This document shows positions 35,001 to 45,872 of a stretch of DNA of 64,000 bases, piece by piece. The notes beneath the pieces are model-generated. The model was given only the letters and a program-made list of their open reading frames with translations. It did no database searches and was not told the origin of the DNA. Position numbers and translations under genes: made by a program. This DNA comes from Naegleria gruberi. Lineage: Eukaryota. The stretch lies in assembly GCA_000004985.1 (NCBI GenBank), contig GG738873.1; one strand, written 5' to 3'. Within the stretch, counting starts at the first letter, position 1. Each line of letters starts with the position of its first letter.

Positions 35001-35860
35001 CAACTACAAACATCTAAAATCTGGCATTGGCCCTTTCCTTGACAGACATCTGAGCTATTGGACAATATCGAAAAACAACTAGTCAACCCACAATTCGATC
35101 CAAAATGTCCTGCAGAACATGAACAAACATCTGGAAGTGTGCAATTACCTCTCCCAGAACAAACCAATGAGCTCTGATAATCCACAGAGAAACACGAATA
35201 GGATGAACAATTAGAATCATAATATTCACTCTGACAAGTACATGAACCATTGGCCGTACAATTTCCACGTCCAGAACAAACAAGAGGTGATTCCTGTGTC
35301 AATGAATCACAAACATACAAGTTATTGCACTTATTTCCATAATAACCAACACTACATGAACAATTGTTCTTGGAAATGCACTTTCCATGACCAGAACATA
35401 CAGAAGAACTTGATGAAGACTGTCCATAGCATTTGTAATTATCACCATCATCGTCGTCATCGCCTTCATCGTCATCACTCTCGTCTGATATCGAACGGGA
35501 GTGGTGGGTCTTGTCTCGATAAATTATGTTGTTGTTGATGGTGGGTATTTCTTGGCCCTGTACCAAAATTATCCAATTAGAATTGTGTTTGAGAAACCTT
35601 CTCGGTGATGGCAACACATTATTATTATTATTCGAAATTAATAGATTCCAATAATTACTATTCGAAAATACATCCGATGAAATTAGCAAAAAGCAAACAG
35701 ACACTATGAAAATTAGAACAACACATAAGTTCCTCCTCGCCGAATAATTCCAACATAATTTTAAAACTGATGATATGTAATTCTCCTTCCGCATACATGA
35801 TAATTTCCCCTCCAAAATACAACAAGCATCATCTTCCGTATTACTTCTAACAAGTAGCAT
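32093..35860 (-). CDS. Adhesion-GPCR-like receptor: signal/anchor, four tenascin-type EGF modules, extracellular region, GPS motif (~33694-33826), 7TM domain (~32830-33640), C-terminal RGS domain (~32140-32610)
   Basis: EGF modules include CYGQSSSSSSVCSGHGKCISKNNCSCSVGYYGNKC and three more. The GPS signature is C-x2-W-x6-W-x3-GC-x10-C-x-C-x-HTT-x-F, seen as VCRYWNETEMKWLQNGCSTSYSNGTVTCYCDHTTRFSAFIDF, immediately ahead of seven hydrophobic helices. The C-terminus has RGS signature blocks: FRQYTKTEMSLENYIIWIRLEKFK, EMSVNINSITRR and IMDLMTDIVYNLMDTYSRFVLTEEF. Single 1255-codon ORF. The true start is probably MRKENY ahead of the hydrophobic LCVVLIFIVSVCFLLISS. Confidence 0.7.
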   Translation of the reverse strand: MLLVRSNTEDDACCILEGKLSCMRKENYISSVLKLCWNYSARRNLCVVLIFIVSVCFLLISSDVFSNSNYWNLLISNNNNNVLPSPRRFLKHNSNWIILVQGQEIPTINNNIIYRDKTHHSRSISDESDDDEGDDDDDGDNYKCYGQSSSSSSVCSGHGKCISKNNCSCSVGYYGNKCNNLYVCDSLTQESPLVCSGRGNCTANGSCTCQSEYYDSNCSSYSCFSVDYQSSLVCSGRGNCTLPDVCSCSAGHFGSNCGLTSCFSILSNSSDVCQGKGQCQILDVCSCNSNSDGFDCGALLIAGENVILSLTDSSMLDTQSNNTHVILSFADSNFTTYYNKKESLIITFTIRNGNYFYSENTTSLTWKLPLLTVGEYSIEATIIDRNYDIIVGNSSQSRSISVFSLKQVTDNPSRIKELDIGSINQIANNLQNVTNKTELIEVIASTLTNKTSNITTEQSIFLTQTLLVITDSVYTNYLTEAGKEAISKTVNDFSDTLKKLHSATIIINNISTNLLLIASNLVELSLELKTMQKAIDSSLSAIAISNKNEGKKEPVKVETKNFVVLVVLDENRGSSPIDASHSVAIPSTIGAALGPSATSFGIVRFESSPEQFFTDQSISFPGAKILQFKTLVSGTYVPLNNLSENITLTFTIDEGTINETLINSTLNSNSSNPEIVKTYVCRYWNETEMKWLQNGCSTSYSNGTVTCYCDHTTRFSAFIDFSEAPYKRNDRSIHDSLSTANIAISSIFLVVIGIIFALLIILRKKQPVKSRYITPHLALASLFIENLAVGIFSKSILLHYSYFPSLRLDLMVSICTVISTSMRAAAIWCYMIMSLRYLVHRYFYEWMMKAIETNKKDSMVKYLNILKKQTVLVVTSIITGVLFLIYFSIFVILRGDSSLTTAQFSTASTVSIFILLIIMTMVIIAIYVTDLVLEKSNKQMSDEVVDIAEEMNSLVIDSSTANSQQALVKNNFSQELAKGGRLLGSIFKTFISNDVLMFRTEVIFYLAAMLFFIVSYLVGFSTLSLRFSGDSTNNDIVDMMDSVIFLFETLMTICLIIAFGGFVVVWALKTEFTKGGWFTKKQANAFQEFDEKFEVLTLKQNKYLLKLFRQYTKTEMSLENYIIWIRLEKFKQDFSDVISPSNANIGEWDRVVTEMDELFKTHIDSSSEMSVNINSITRRKYLILHNTLLNTNINTLNGSEVAELKTATNEVIMDLMTDIVYNLMDTYSRFVLTEEFRIIKQVQATREMTTVQLFK

Positions 35861-36148
35861 GATGATATTTTCTACTTGGGAATGCGTGATAATTATTTTG
35901 ATATTGTTTTTTTTAGTGAACTTGAAAAATTATGGAAAGGAAAACCAAGGATGGATCTAGAAAGCGTAGTGACATTGATAACTGCAGTAAATTGTTTCAT
36001 AACATGACTCTGATATTATTGATATTATTAATAGAATTTTGATATCTTGAAATTGGCCTATCTGATTTGAAATTTTCAAAACTTGCATTCTTGGTCTTGT
36101 ACATTATCTTCAACAGAATACAACTGTCATAAGTCAAACATCAAAAAA

Positions 36149-38291
36149 ATGGGCAATGAACAATCAGCACCAACTTCATCAGTACCAGCAGGTACAGAAT
36201 TAGCTACAATGCCAATTCGTCGTAACACAACTAACTATGCTTCCACAGCTGGCAGCTCATCCATCACAGCCTCCTCCACAAACAACAACCTTCTCAACAA
36301 TAGTACTACATCCAACAATCACGATCCTAACAATAATTCAAATAATCAAAATAATGGAAATTTCCTCTCCCTCCTCACCACCTCCCAAACATTAATTTAT
36401 GGCTATGCAAACAATGCCTCCCATCAAGTTGATCCATTCCGATCCAATGTAAAACAATTGGCCGATTTAATCAGACCAAATGCTCTTCAACTCGCTCCTC
36501 AGGAAGGCTTCTTTCATATCAGCGTCATGTTGGATGAAATCTGCAAGACTCACGAAGACATTTTAAATAACTATCGTAAATATTTGCCACTGGTAGAGTT
36601 TGCATTGAGCGGGAAAACTGAGAACAATGTATTGTTTGGATCAGGTGGTGGTGGGAGTATTTTTGGCGCCACTTCTTCATCTGCCTCCTCTTCAAAGGAA
36701 GCCTTTGAAAAATTGTTATTCTCTCTAAAAAATCACATTAACAATACGAGGAATGCTATTGAGGGATTGGTTGCTGCTTCGGAGAGTTATGAGAGGAGAA
36801 GTTTAAAGGCTAGTAATCAATCGTCGCATTCTCAGACTGCTTCAATGGTTAATTTGTTACCAACTTCGGGAATTACTTCGTTTGATTGGTCGACAATTGC
36901 TAATAAGAAGGTAAATTTTGATTTTAATTGATGATTAATAATTTTAATAATTATTCAATAATAATATATATATTATATTATACAAATTTAATACAAAATT
37001 TTGGAATTGTTATTGAATGGATAACATACAAATATTAAATTATATTGATTGGAATAATTATTTAATATTTTAGAAATATTTTCAAATTAAGGATGAAATT
37101 GAAATATTGCTAACATACCACTTGGAAGAATTACGTGGATATAAAGAAATTGTGGAAAAGGCTAATGCAAAAGGAGATACAGAAGTTAATGTAGCAACTA
37201 TAATTTCTGATGAATTTGCTGCAGAATTTTGGAAAACTAATTGTGGAGCTAATGTATTTTCTATTGATAAGGAAGCATTTATTGACTTGTTGGATGCTAA
37301 CTTTCAGGGTTGGTCTAAACGTGTAAAAAAAACATGGGTTGAGGAGATATCAGAGCTCATAGATCCAACCTGTGACAGTGTTGTTTCCATTGTAGATTTC
37401 AAAACTGTTTTACAATGGTTCGGTCCTTTCACAATTTCCTTCTTTACACCTATGGACAGTTTTTTAGCCCAGAAACATTTTTGGGGAAGTATTTCATCCA
37501 TGGAAGCTCAACACTTACTTGATTCCCAGGAGCCTGGTACTTTCCTCATTAGATTTTCTGAAATTGAAGCTGGTGCTTTTTCTATAAGTGTTGTAGAACA
37601 AGAGAGTGATGACAATTTAGGTCTCTCAGGTGGTGAATCTACCATTTTCAAGCAAACTTCTCACTTTATATTGAGAAGGAAAAAGGAAGACCAAAAATTC
37701 CTCTTTATTCTTTGTGAAAATGATACTGAATTCAAATGTGAAACTGTTGATCAATTAATCAAACAATATCGTTTGACATTTAAATATCCATTCACTGATG
37801 AAACTCAAAAATTAGAAGTTAAACAACAAGAGGACGAGTTGGACTTTTTCAATTTTATGAAATCAACAGCTGCTCTCAGTGCTCTTGACGATGATGAAGA
37901 AAACTCAAACTTTGTAAAATTCAGAGGAAGAATTGTTGACAAGTCCATTGCCAAGCAAAATGAAAAAGTTCCTCCAAACTCTACCAAAAAGACACCAACT
38001 TCAGCCACACTCAGCACTCCAAAACCATCTGGTCACAATAGAGTTCTCTCAACAGCTAGTAGTAGTGGAAATTCTTCTCCAGTACCAAATACTCCAACTA
38101 CCATTGCTGTAGCTTCACCGACAACCACTCCTTCTACCACTCTTCCATCTGATAAGAATATCACTACACCACAACCAGCAGCATCATCATCATCTGCAAC
38201 AGTTAGTAGTAGTGCCAATTCTACCACCAGTAGTAGTAGTACACCATCAATAGATGAAAATAATATTGCTCTTGAGGAAAAGAAGCAATAA
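36149..38291 (+). CDS. Cbl-type TKB-domain protein (4-helix bundle + EF-hand + variant SH2) with no RING finger and a Ser/Thr-rich tail; 2 exons: 36149-36910, 37074-38291
   Basis: N-terminus MGNEQSAP fits a myristoylation consensus. The EF-hand/SH2 stretch (IISDEFAAEFWKTNCGANVFSI...DPTCDSVVSIVDFKTVLQWFGPF...FWGSISSMEAQHLLDSQEPGTFLIRFSEIEAGAFSISVV) aligns by eye with the c-Cbl TKB region (ITKADAAEFWRKAFG...[23 protein letters not shown]...[20 protein letters not shown]). No C3HC4 pattern follows. The intron is a 163-nt AT-rich GTAAAT..TTTAG. Confidence 0.65.
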
Positions 38292-38575
38292 TTTCAAGAT
38301 TAGTTTGATTTAATTGAATCATTAAATCTTTAAATTATTATCCACCATTTTATAACTTTTCTACAATTTTAGAAATGAAATCAATCTGGATTCATTGGTA
38401 ATACATCATAAACAAGCTAAATATGCTATTTGAGTATTTGGTTTATTTCAAGAAATCACCAAACAACTCAACATACCATAAATGGTTATTCATTACAAAA
38501 AGTAATTCATTTAAATTTAAATTTGCTTTAAAACCAGAGAGTCACCATCCACTTGAAAACAATAAGAAAAAAGAA

Positions 38576-39202
38576 ATGAAAGTTTATTTTGCGCTTTGCA
38601 TTGCAGTAGTTTTGTGCCTTGTCAATTTTGGAATCTGTCAAGGGGATCGTTACATTCCAAGTCATCCACTCGATCAGTACAACAAGCCAGCAGACAACAA
38701 ACATCAAGCACCAAATGCGCTTCCATACTATCCGTACATGCCAATTTACATTCCACAATTTAAGGCACCAGAATATAAAATTCCTGAACCTCCAAAGTAT
38801 ACCATTCCAGAAGCTCCTAAAGCTCCTCAAGCTCCATGGAATTATCTTCACAATGCTCCAAGTTACTATGCTCAACCATTTAATTCAGAAGAATTTAAAA
38901 AGTACATGCCAGATTGGTTAAATGCCAAACCACTCCATGCTCAACAACCAAAGGATTTCCCTAAATTCCCTCAATTCCCTCAATATGCTGGAAATCAACA
39001 TCAATATGGACAACAATATGCCTCGCCTTATGCTCCACAAGATTGGAATGAATTCTTCAAGAAGCAATACCCATGGACTGAACAATACAATGCCTTCCCT
39101 TGGAGCACTCAAAAACAAGGTTTTGCCAAACCATTGAAATCTGTTGGTTCCATTTCAGAGTCTGACAATAATGTTAGTGGAGATGAAAGCGAAACCATTT
39201 AA
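38576..39202 (+). CDS. Secreted Pro/Tyr/Gln-rich low-complexity protein
   Basis: An internal ATG at 38576 begins a classic signal peptide (MKVYFALCIAVVLCLVNFGICQG). It is followed by PxY/PKxP-type repeats (PYYPYMPIYIPQFKAPEYKIPEPPKYTIPEAPKAPQAP). The longer track ORF starting at 38423 is probably 5' leader. Confidence 0.5.
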   Translation: MKVYFALCIAVVLCLVNFGICQGDRYIPSHPLDQYNKPADNKHQAPNALPYYPYMPIYIPQFKAPEYKIPEPPKYTIPEAPKAPQAPWNYLHNAPSYYAQPFNSEEFKKYMPDWLNAKPLHAQQPKDFPKFPQFPQYAGNQHQYGQQYASPYAPQDWNEFFKKQYPWTEQYNAFPWSTQKQGFAKPLKSVGSISESDNNVSGDESETI

Positions 39203-39570
39203 AGATATTATCGTAGTGATTAATGAACAATTTTGTTAAATAAATTAACCTTAAATGTTTGTGATTGAAATGTTAAAGCTTTTTCTTTAATATGTTATAG
39301 CATCCTCAAAACAAGTACCGCTGGAACATATATAGTATAGGCCTAACTGTAACAACCTAACTTTATTTGAACTTGATCAATACATTATTGGTCATCATCG
39401 CTCTGTTCGTTCTGGGATGTCAAGTTGAACGTTCACAAAGTGAATTGCTTAGTAATCATTGTGATGCATACTCTCAAAAACATCACTATTATACCTCAGA
39501 GGTTTATGTTTGCTCGAACATTTGTCTGCCTTATCAAAATTGTTGACAATTTCTTATCAATGTTGCTTTT

Positions 39571-40383
39571 TTACACTTCGTCATCAACATCATTTAGCTC
39601 CATTCCATTGGAATGTTTTGGTTGGGTTGGTTGATAAAAGTTACTAGTAACATCTTGATTCTCTGGATTAGTAATGCATAGAATTGGAATTTCACAAGCA
39701 AGAAAATATTCTGATGAGGTGGAGCTTACACAATCTGGATCAGAATTACAATTCTCAGAATCTTCTTCTAAACGAGTTAATGTGTGATCAGTTTCATCAT
39801 TAAAAGAAAACGTACGATCTTCTTCGATAGTCTTAATAGTCAACGCTTGTGAACCAACAGTAGACAATGTTGTTGTTGTAGAAAAGAGAGATGAAGTTGA
39901 TTGTGGATAAACCTTATTATCTGACTTGTTTCTGAGAGATCCTAGTCTTGGCATGGAGAGACCTCTCTTTGGTTTTGAAGGTAAATTATCAAGGGAGGAT
40001 GTGGTGGAGTGTGTTGAAGAGATGGTTCTAGCAGTGGTGGAAGTACTAAGGAGAGATGAAGTTGGTCTATAACATGTGGATGAGGTGGAAAGTGTTCTCG
40101 AGGTGCTATTAGTAGCAGTATGTGTTGTAGCAGAGGAAATGGTTGAAGAGAGTGAATTAACCTTAATAAAGAAGGCAGGCTTGGCACTTGGTTTACGAGT
40201 CAGTATATCGACCAGTTTGTTTCCACTCTTACTAGTTTCATCATCCTTCTTCAAACTCTTCTGACTTGTCTTTTTGAGGCTTGATGATGACGACGATGAA
40301 TCACTTAGGACGGTTACTGTCGTCGAGGTTGTATTTGAATTTACAGCTGAGTTTCCCATTTTCCTTAGTCGAGAGAGAAACAA
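39571..40383 (-). CDS. Ser/Thr-rich hypothetical protein
   Basis: 270-aa ORF dominated by S/T runs. No domain recognised. The start could instead be the internal MGNSAV. Confidence 0.4.
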   Translation of the reverse strand: MFLSRLRKMGNSAVNSNTTSTTVTVLSDSSSSSSSLKKTSQKSLKKDDETSKSGNKLVDILTRKPSAKPAFFIKVNSLSSTISSATTHTATNSTSRTLSTSSTCYRPTSSLLSTSTTARTISSTHSTTSSLDNLPSKPKRGLSMPRLGSLRNKSDNKVYPQSTSSLFSTTTTLSTVGSQALTIKTIEEDRTFSFNDETDHTLTRLEEDSENCNSDPDCVSSTSSEYFLACEIPILCITNPENQDVTSNFYQPTQPKHSNGMELNDVDDEV

Positions 40384-41562
40384 TGTTATATGTCTATTAA
40401 ATATTTACACGAGGTTGAGAGGTTTGTTATTTTTGAACGTTTACGTTACGAGTATATGAAGTAAACGTTGTCGAGGAGGTTCTTGTGTTGTTATTTTTTT
40501 CTTAGTGGGAGTTTGCCTGCCCCAAAGGGAAGCATGTGCTCTTGTTGAACGCAAGGCGAATTGCATTGATCTCTTTTTGAGGTTAAATAGCTTGAAAAAA
40601 GAGATTTTTTACTGCAACGAATAAGGAGTCGAATACAGTGATTTTATAAAAGAAGCTAAGGAAGATGAATAAGGTAAATGCAAGGAATTGTTTTCGCTCT
40701 CGTTATTTTTTTAAAATATTCGGTAGAGTTTGTTATTCGTCCAAGTTTGGGTCTGTGAGAAACAAACATGTGAATGATGGCTCATCAGCTCAAAATCCAA
40801 CCTCTGCAATTGTTGAATTATTCTTGTTGGTGAAGATATTGATGATGAATTAATAATGTATCCATCTCCTTAAAGTTAGTTAGCTTGTTCCAAAGAATCA
40901 AAAGAATAAATTGCTCAGAATCATCTCTGTAGTGTGGCTCACAAAAGCTGTATTGATTTTTACAGTTTCTGTTGAGGGGTTTGAGGAAGGTCGTAAATGG
41001 AACGAGCACAAGAAAGTAAAGAATTTTTTCGATAATCTCTTTTTACCTTGTTTGAGTGAATATCACGCGCAGCTCAATAACAGAGATTTTTCTGTATTAT
41101 GTACAACATTGTTTTCAAGGCGAACAAAAGGTTCATTTGTAACAACTCGCTCAATTCATTGGTCATAATTTGAATTCGGGGAATACTCTTCAAAAATTAG
41201 TTTTCAAATCTAGAAACATTTTCACCTGGTGCCCAACTCTCAATATATTTAACATAATTTTGAAAGGTGAAGGTAAGAGTTATAACTGTAAATAAACTGT
41301 AAACAATTTTTTTTTCTTTCCTTGTCGAATAGTATCACGCCAATTTATCCATTACCTCCATACCACAAGGTATGCACATTCATTGTAAACTTTTGAAACC
41401 CTACATTGTAATTTCTATCTCAGAACAAAATTATTGTCCTAATCCTCTTCCAGGCCTGATAGTTGACCTGAAAATTGAAATGAATCTTCAAACAAAACTC
41501 CGCAACAGAAACTTTGTGCTTCTCAAAATCAGCGCCTTGTTTCAACAAACACAACAAAAAAA

Positions 41563-43014
41563 ATGCAACATCATACCGTCAGATTATACTCGTTGCTGCT
41601 CATGTTGTTGGTTAGCACAGCGTTGATATGTTCGACATGGACTTTTTCAGCAGCTGTAGAAGGATCAAAACTACCAAGAATAACAACAACAACTATGGAT
41701 TATACTCCATTATTTATGCACTTGGCATTTACATCAGTGCCGACTGAGATGGTGGTTTCATTTCATACCAATGATTATGATGAAAAGATTTTGGGTAAAC
41801 CTTTTGTAAAATATGGAAAGGAGGATACATTAAAGATTGGAGCTAAAGTTTCGTGGATTGGAGCTGTGATTACTCAATATGGTGATGTGAAACATACTGG
41901 ATACGATTTTAATATTTTAATGAAGGATTTGGAATATCAAACCAAGTATTATTATCAAGTTGGGTTTTTGGGAAGTAATGTAACTTCTGGTGTTTATAAT
42001 TTCCATACCAGAACTGATCCAAGATCAATTGATAGTTTTGAAACTACAGTTGTCATGTATGGAGATCAGGGAACAACCAATTCAAAGTATGCCATTGCTC
42101 AAGTTGAGAATTTTATTCATTCTTTTTACAATGACAAGTCGGCAAAGAATATGTTTATTTATCATTTAGGTGATATTTCATACGCTGATGATTGGCCTGG
42201 AATTTTATATCAAGTAATCTGGGCTCGTTATTTAGACATGATGTCAAACATTATGCCATTTGTATCTTACATGACCTTGCCTGGAAATCATGAAAAGGGA
42301 CCAAAAATTCCACCTTATCATTCCTACGAAGAAGGATTTGTTGCTTACAATCATAGATTCTTCATGCCACTCAGAAATGATTCTCGCTTTGGACATAACA
42401 TGTGGCACTCTTTCCAACATGGTCCAATTACCTTTGTGAGTATTGACACCGAAACCAATTTCCCTCACAATTTCTATCCTGAGTACGATTTTAAGGGAGA
42501 TCAAATGAAGTGGTTAGACGAAACTTTGAGCAAAATTGATAGAAAGGTAACACCTTGGGTTATAGTTTTAGGACATAGACCAATTTATACTTCAAAGCAT
42601 GGATTTAGTAATGCTGAAGGTATTCCAGAAGGTCAAGCCATAATTGTCCAAGATGCATTTGAAGAAATATTGTACAAGTATCATGTTGATATTGCCACAT
42701 TTGGGCATGTTCACTCGTATCAGAGAACTTTTCCTACGTACAAGTTACAAGTAGAAACCAAGACTAATTATCACAATTTAAGATATCCTATTCACATTAT
42801 TAATGGAGCTGGTGGTTGCTTGGAAGGAATTACTATTTTCATGCACAAATATTCACCTTGGAGTGCAAAAATTTTCAATGAAGATGAAGCATATGGAATT
42901 TTGAGAACCTCCTATAATCCAACAACCAGAGTACACAAGATTACCTTCAATTTGCATGCTGCTAAAACTAATGAAATTGTAGACACTGTAACAATAACCA
43001 AAGATGCCTATTAA
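41563..43014 (+). CDS. Purple acid phosphatase (calcineurin-like metallophosphoesterase), secreted
   Basis: Signal peptide present. The conserved metal-ligand motif series is there: GDQG, GDISYAD, GNHE, VLGHRP, GHVHSYQR. Single-exon 483-aa ORF. Confidence 0.85.
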   Translation: MQHHTVRLYSLLLMLLVSTALICSTWTFSAAVEGSKLPRITTTTMDYTPLFMHLAFTSVPTEMVVSFHTNDYDEKILGKPFVKYGKEDTLKIGAKVSWIGAVITQYGDVKHTGYDFNILMKDLEYQTKYYYQVGFLGSNVTSGVYNFHTRTDPRSIDSFETTVVMYGDQGTTNSKYAIAQVENFIHSFYNDKSAKNMFIYHLGDISYADDWPGILYQVIWARYLDMMSNIMPFVSYMTLPGNHEKGPKIPPYHSYEEGFVAYNHRFFMPLRNDSRFGHNMWHSFQHGPITFVSIDTETNFPHNFYPEYDFKGDQMKWLDETLSKIDRKVTPWVIVLGHRPIYTSKHGFSNAEGIPEGQAIIVQDAFEEILYKYHVDIATFGHVHSYQRTFPTYKLQVETKTNYHNLRYPIHIINGAGGCLEGITIFMHKYSPWSAKIFNEDEAYGILRTSYNPTTRVHKITFNLHAAKTNEIVDTVTITKDAY

Positions 43015-43160
43015 TATATTTACTGAACTAGTTTCATCTCTTTTTGATGAACAAGTAAATTGTCAATAACTTTATTTTGTATTGATTTTTTTTGTGATAG
43101 GTTCATGATCTTAAACATCTTGTCTCTCAAGTAAATCTTTCTAATTTAAAGTACTATAAT

Positions 43161-43842
43161 TTACTTTTGCAATGAATCCAACTCTCTAATGTAGTCATCA
43201 ATTTGACTGAGAATAATTTCCTTTTGTCTTCTATCCATAGGTCCCAACTTTTCCATATGTTCAATAAATTGAACTCTCTCATCAATTTCCTCTTGAACTA
43301 TTTTTGATGGAATGAATGTATTGAATATTATACTTGAAATAACACTTACTCTCTTCAAACCTGGATTTTTGTTTAACCACAGGCTTGTTGGAAGGAACGA
43401 TTTGCTTATCAATTCTTCCTTTGAGTACTGCTTGAGGCACATTCTTTCGTCCTCCAAATTCGTTATAGGTGGCCAAGATATTCTTCTCTCTATCTCTATC
43501 TACAGTTGGGGAAGGTCTAAACACTTCCTTCTGAAAGAGAGACTCCTCAAACATTTTCTTCTTTGTTGTAAATTTCCCTCTATTCGTATCAGGGAATATA
43601 TTCTCCTCCTTCTGTCTCAACTTGTAAGACAACATGGCATCATCAATAGATTTTTGTTTCGAGACGGCAATCCCAGTGCTCGGAAGTGATGATTTATACT
43701 TGTAAGACTCCATAATTTCCTTCTTTTGAAAATGACTCAGCTTGGCATCACCCACCATATCCTTGATCAACTTTTCCGTATCATATTTCGATTGCATCTT
43801 GGAGGAGGTCGTTGATGATTTTGTTCCCTTAGAGAATGACAT
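43161..43842 (-). CDS. Hypothetical basic protein; 2 exons: 43842-43350, 43297-43161
   Basis: Two overlapping track ORFs in different frames are joined by a 52-nt GTAAGT..AATAG intron in exact phase (..SRFEE|IQEEIDERVQFIEHMEKLGPMD..). No domain recognised. Confidence 0.45.
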
Positions 43843-44364
43843 TTTTTTTAATTGATTTTTCTATCAAAAAGCAGTACAATTTTGGCGGGAAAGAAATGCC
43901 TCATTACCATTAACCTCAACGCTTAACTATTCTCATGAATGGAACAATTCAACTCATTAGCAATACCACACGAACTTGTAAACTTCATATTAAAAAAAAC
44001 AATCCAATCCCTGAAATTTCAGTTGACTTCAGTGCAACATCCACATGCCCTTCCAATTTTTCATCAACAGAAAAAATGATTGACATTTGAAATTTAAAAA
44101 AAAATTAGCAGCAAAGAGAGCCATTTTTCCTTCGAGCCTGCTGCTACTCGCCTCAAACACAAAAAAAACCCGCGCCTTTTTATTTCCAAGAGAGTGAGTT
44201 CTCAGAGCAAATCCATTTTGGTCCGTACTAATACAACAACAAACCAAACAAACAAACAAACAACAACAACACATTATCAACAGCAAGGTTTAAAAATTAC
44301 CTTCCCGTGAACAATTCAACTCATCAACTCATCAACAACAACTAACTTGTAAAAAACCAAGAAA

Positions 44365-45626
44365 ATGGGTTTAGTAAATAGTCGTCCAGAACATCCGCAC
44401 AATCCACCAAGTAAACCACCATCCAGAAAGAATAATCATCTATCTGATGATGATATGGTCATTAAGAAACTCAAGAAGGGTAATCGTCAAGCACAGAATA
44501 TGCCAGAGGAGGAATTGAGAGAGTGGGCACGTTCATTGTGTAATGAAACTGATTTGAAGGAGTGGTATCTGAATCCGGAATTTGCTACCACTGTTGAACA
44601 TTATGAAAAGTTGGAAAAGGTTAATGCTGCTGCAGTCAATGCTAATTCATCGTCAACTGGTGCAAGTGTATTTTCAAGTACGAGTGAATCAGCCGAAACT
44701 AAACCAACTGAAAATGGCGAAGCTTTTAATTTGGACGATATTGATTTTGATTTGGAAGATATTAGAAAGGATGCTGCTCAACCATTTATGCAAATCGGAA
44801 AGAAAATTAAGATCAAATTGATCATTGCTGAAATTTGTAAATCTGATACACAAAAGGCTTTGAGAAAAATGTTGAGTCCAATTTTGACTAAATTGGATTA
44901 CCAACAACAATTTGGTATGTTCCACTCTGCCCTTGTTATTGGTCCTTGGTATTTAGAGGTATAGTATTTATTCTAATAGTTTCTAATAATATTTTTTGTA
45001 TTCGATTCTTGTCATGAACATATTAATAATAATAATAATAACAACAATGAAAATAGTGGAACAACTCATCCTTATGTATTCCTAGAAAGTGTTATAGTAG
45101 TGCTGCCATGATTGCAGCTGATTTGGAATATCAAGGTGTTGCAACATTTGACTTGACGACAACTATTGAAAAGATTAGTAAGGTTATTATTGATTGGAAT
45201 GTAAATAAGGAATATGACCAACAAAATGCAAATTGCCAACAATTTGTTGATGACATTATCAAAGCTTTGGATGTTCCTGTTGTTTTTACTGGTGTTTTAG
45301 GAGAATATTTGAATAACTTGAGATCAAAGGGTGAATGTAAAATATTCTTCCCAGTGAATGAAAACTTGAGAGAAAAATTTGGTATCAAGGAATCTCAAGT
45401 TGGATTCAAGACCCATGCCGAATTGGATAAATTTGTCAAGGATTTAATCGACAAGGAACCATTGTTTGAACAGGATTATCCTGAGGAATGGAACTTGTTG
45501 AAGAGTTTCGACAGAGCTTTCTGGTTACGTCACTTCCGTCACGATAAAGATCCAACATACCAACCTCATGAATGTCCTTTCAATGATCCATCTGTGACAG
45601 CCAGCTTTAAGAAAGAATGGTTCTAA
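44365..45626 (+). CDS. Hypothetical protein with an MGLVNS start and a possible LRAT/NlpC-P60-like His...Cys (NCQQF) domain; 2 exons: 44365-44958, 45057-45626
   Basis: A 98-nt AT-rich intron (GTATAG..AATAG) joins ..GMFHSALVIGPWYLE|WNNSSLCIPRKCYSSAAMIAADLEYQ.. in frame. The His in 'FHSALVIG' and Cys in 'NANCQQFVDD' have spacing compatible with LRAT/PLAAT-type thiol hydrolases. This is a weak inference. Confidence 0.4.
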
Positions 45627-45872
45627 ACAATGTGTAACATTGCACGTGTTACTGAGCTTGCTGTTCCCAATTTCATTGTACTACTGTATTTATATCAAGT
45701 AAATAAACATTAACCTCAATAATATTTCTTTACCTAAGTTGTTACAAAAATATTCTTAAATGGATGATGCAAATTGATATAGTGATTTGATACTTTGATT
45801 AATGGTGATTGATGCCGCAACCGGTAGTTATCTTCTTTCAAAACAACACTACAAAAAAATAACTGTTCTTCT

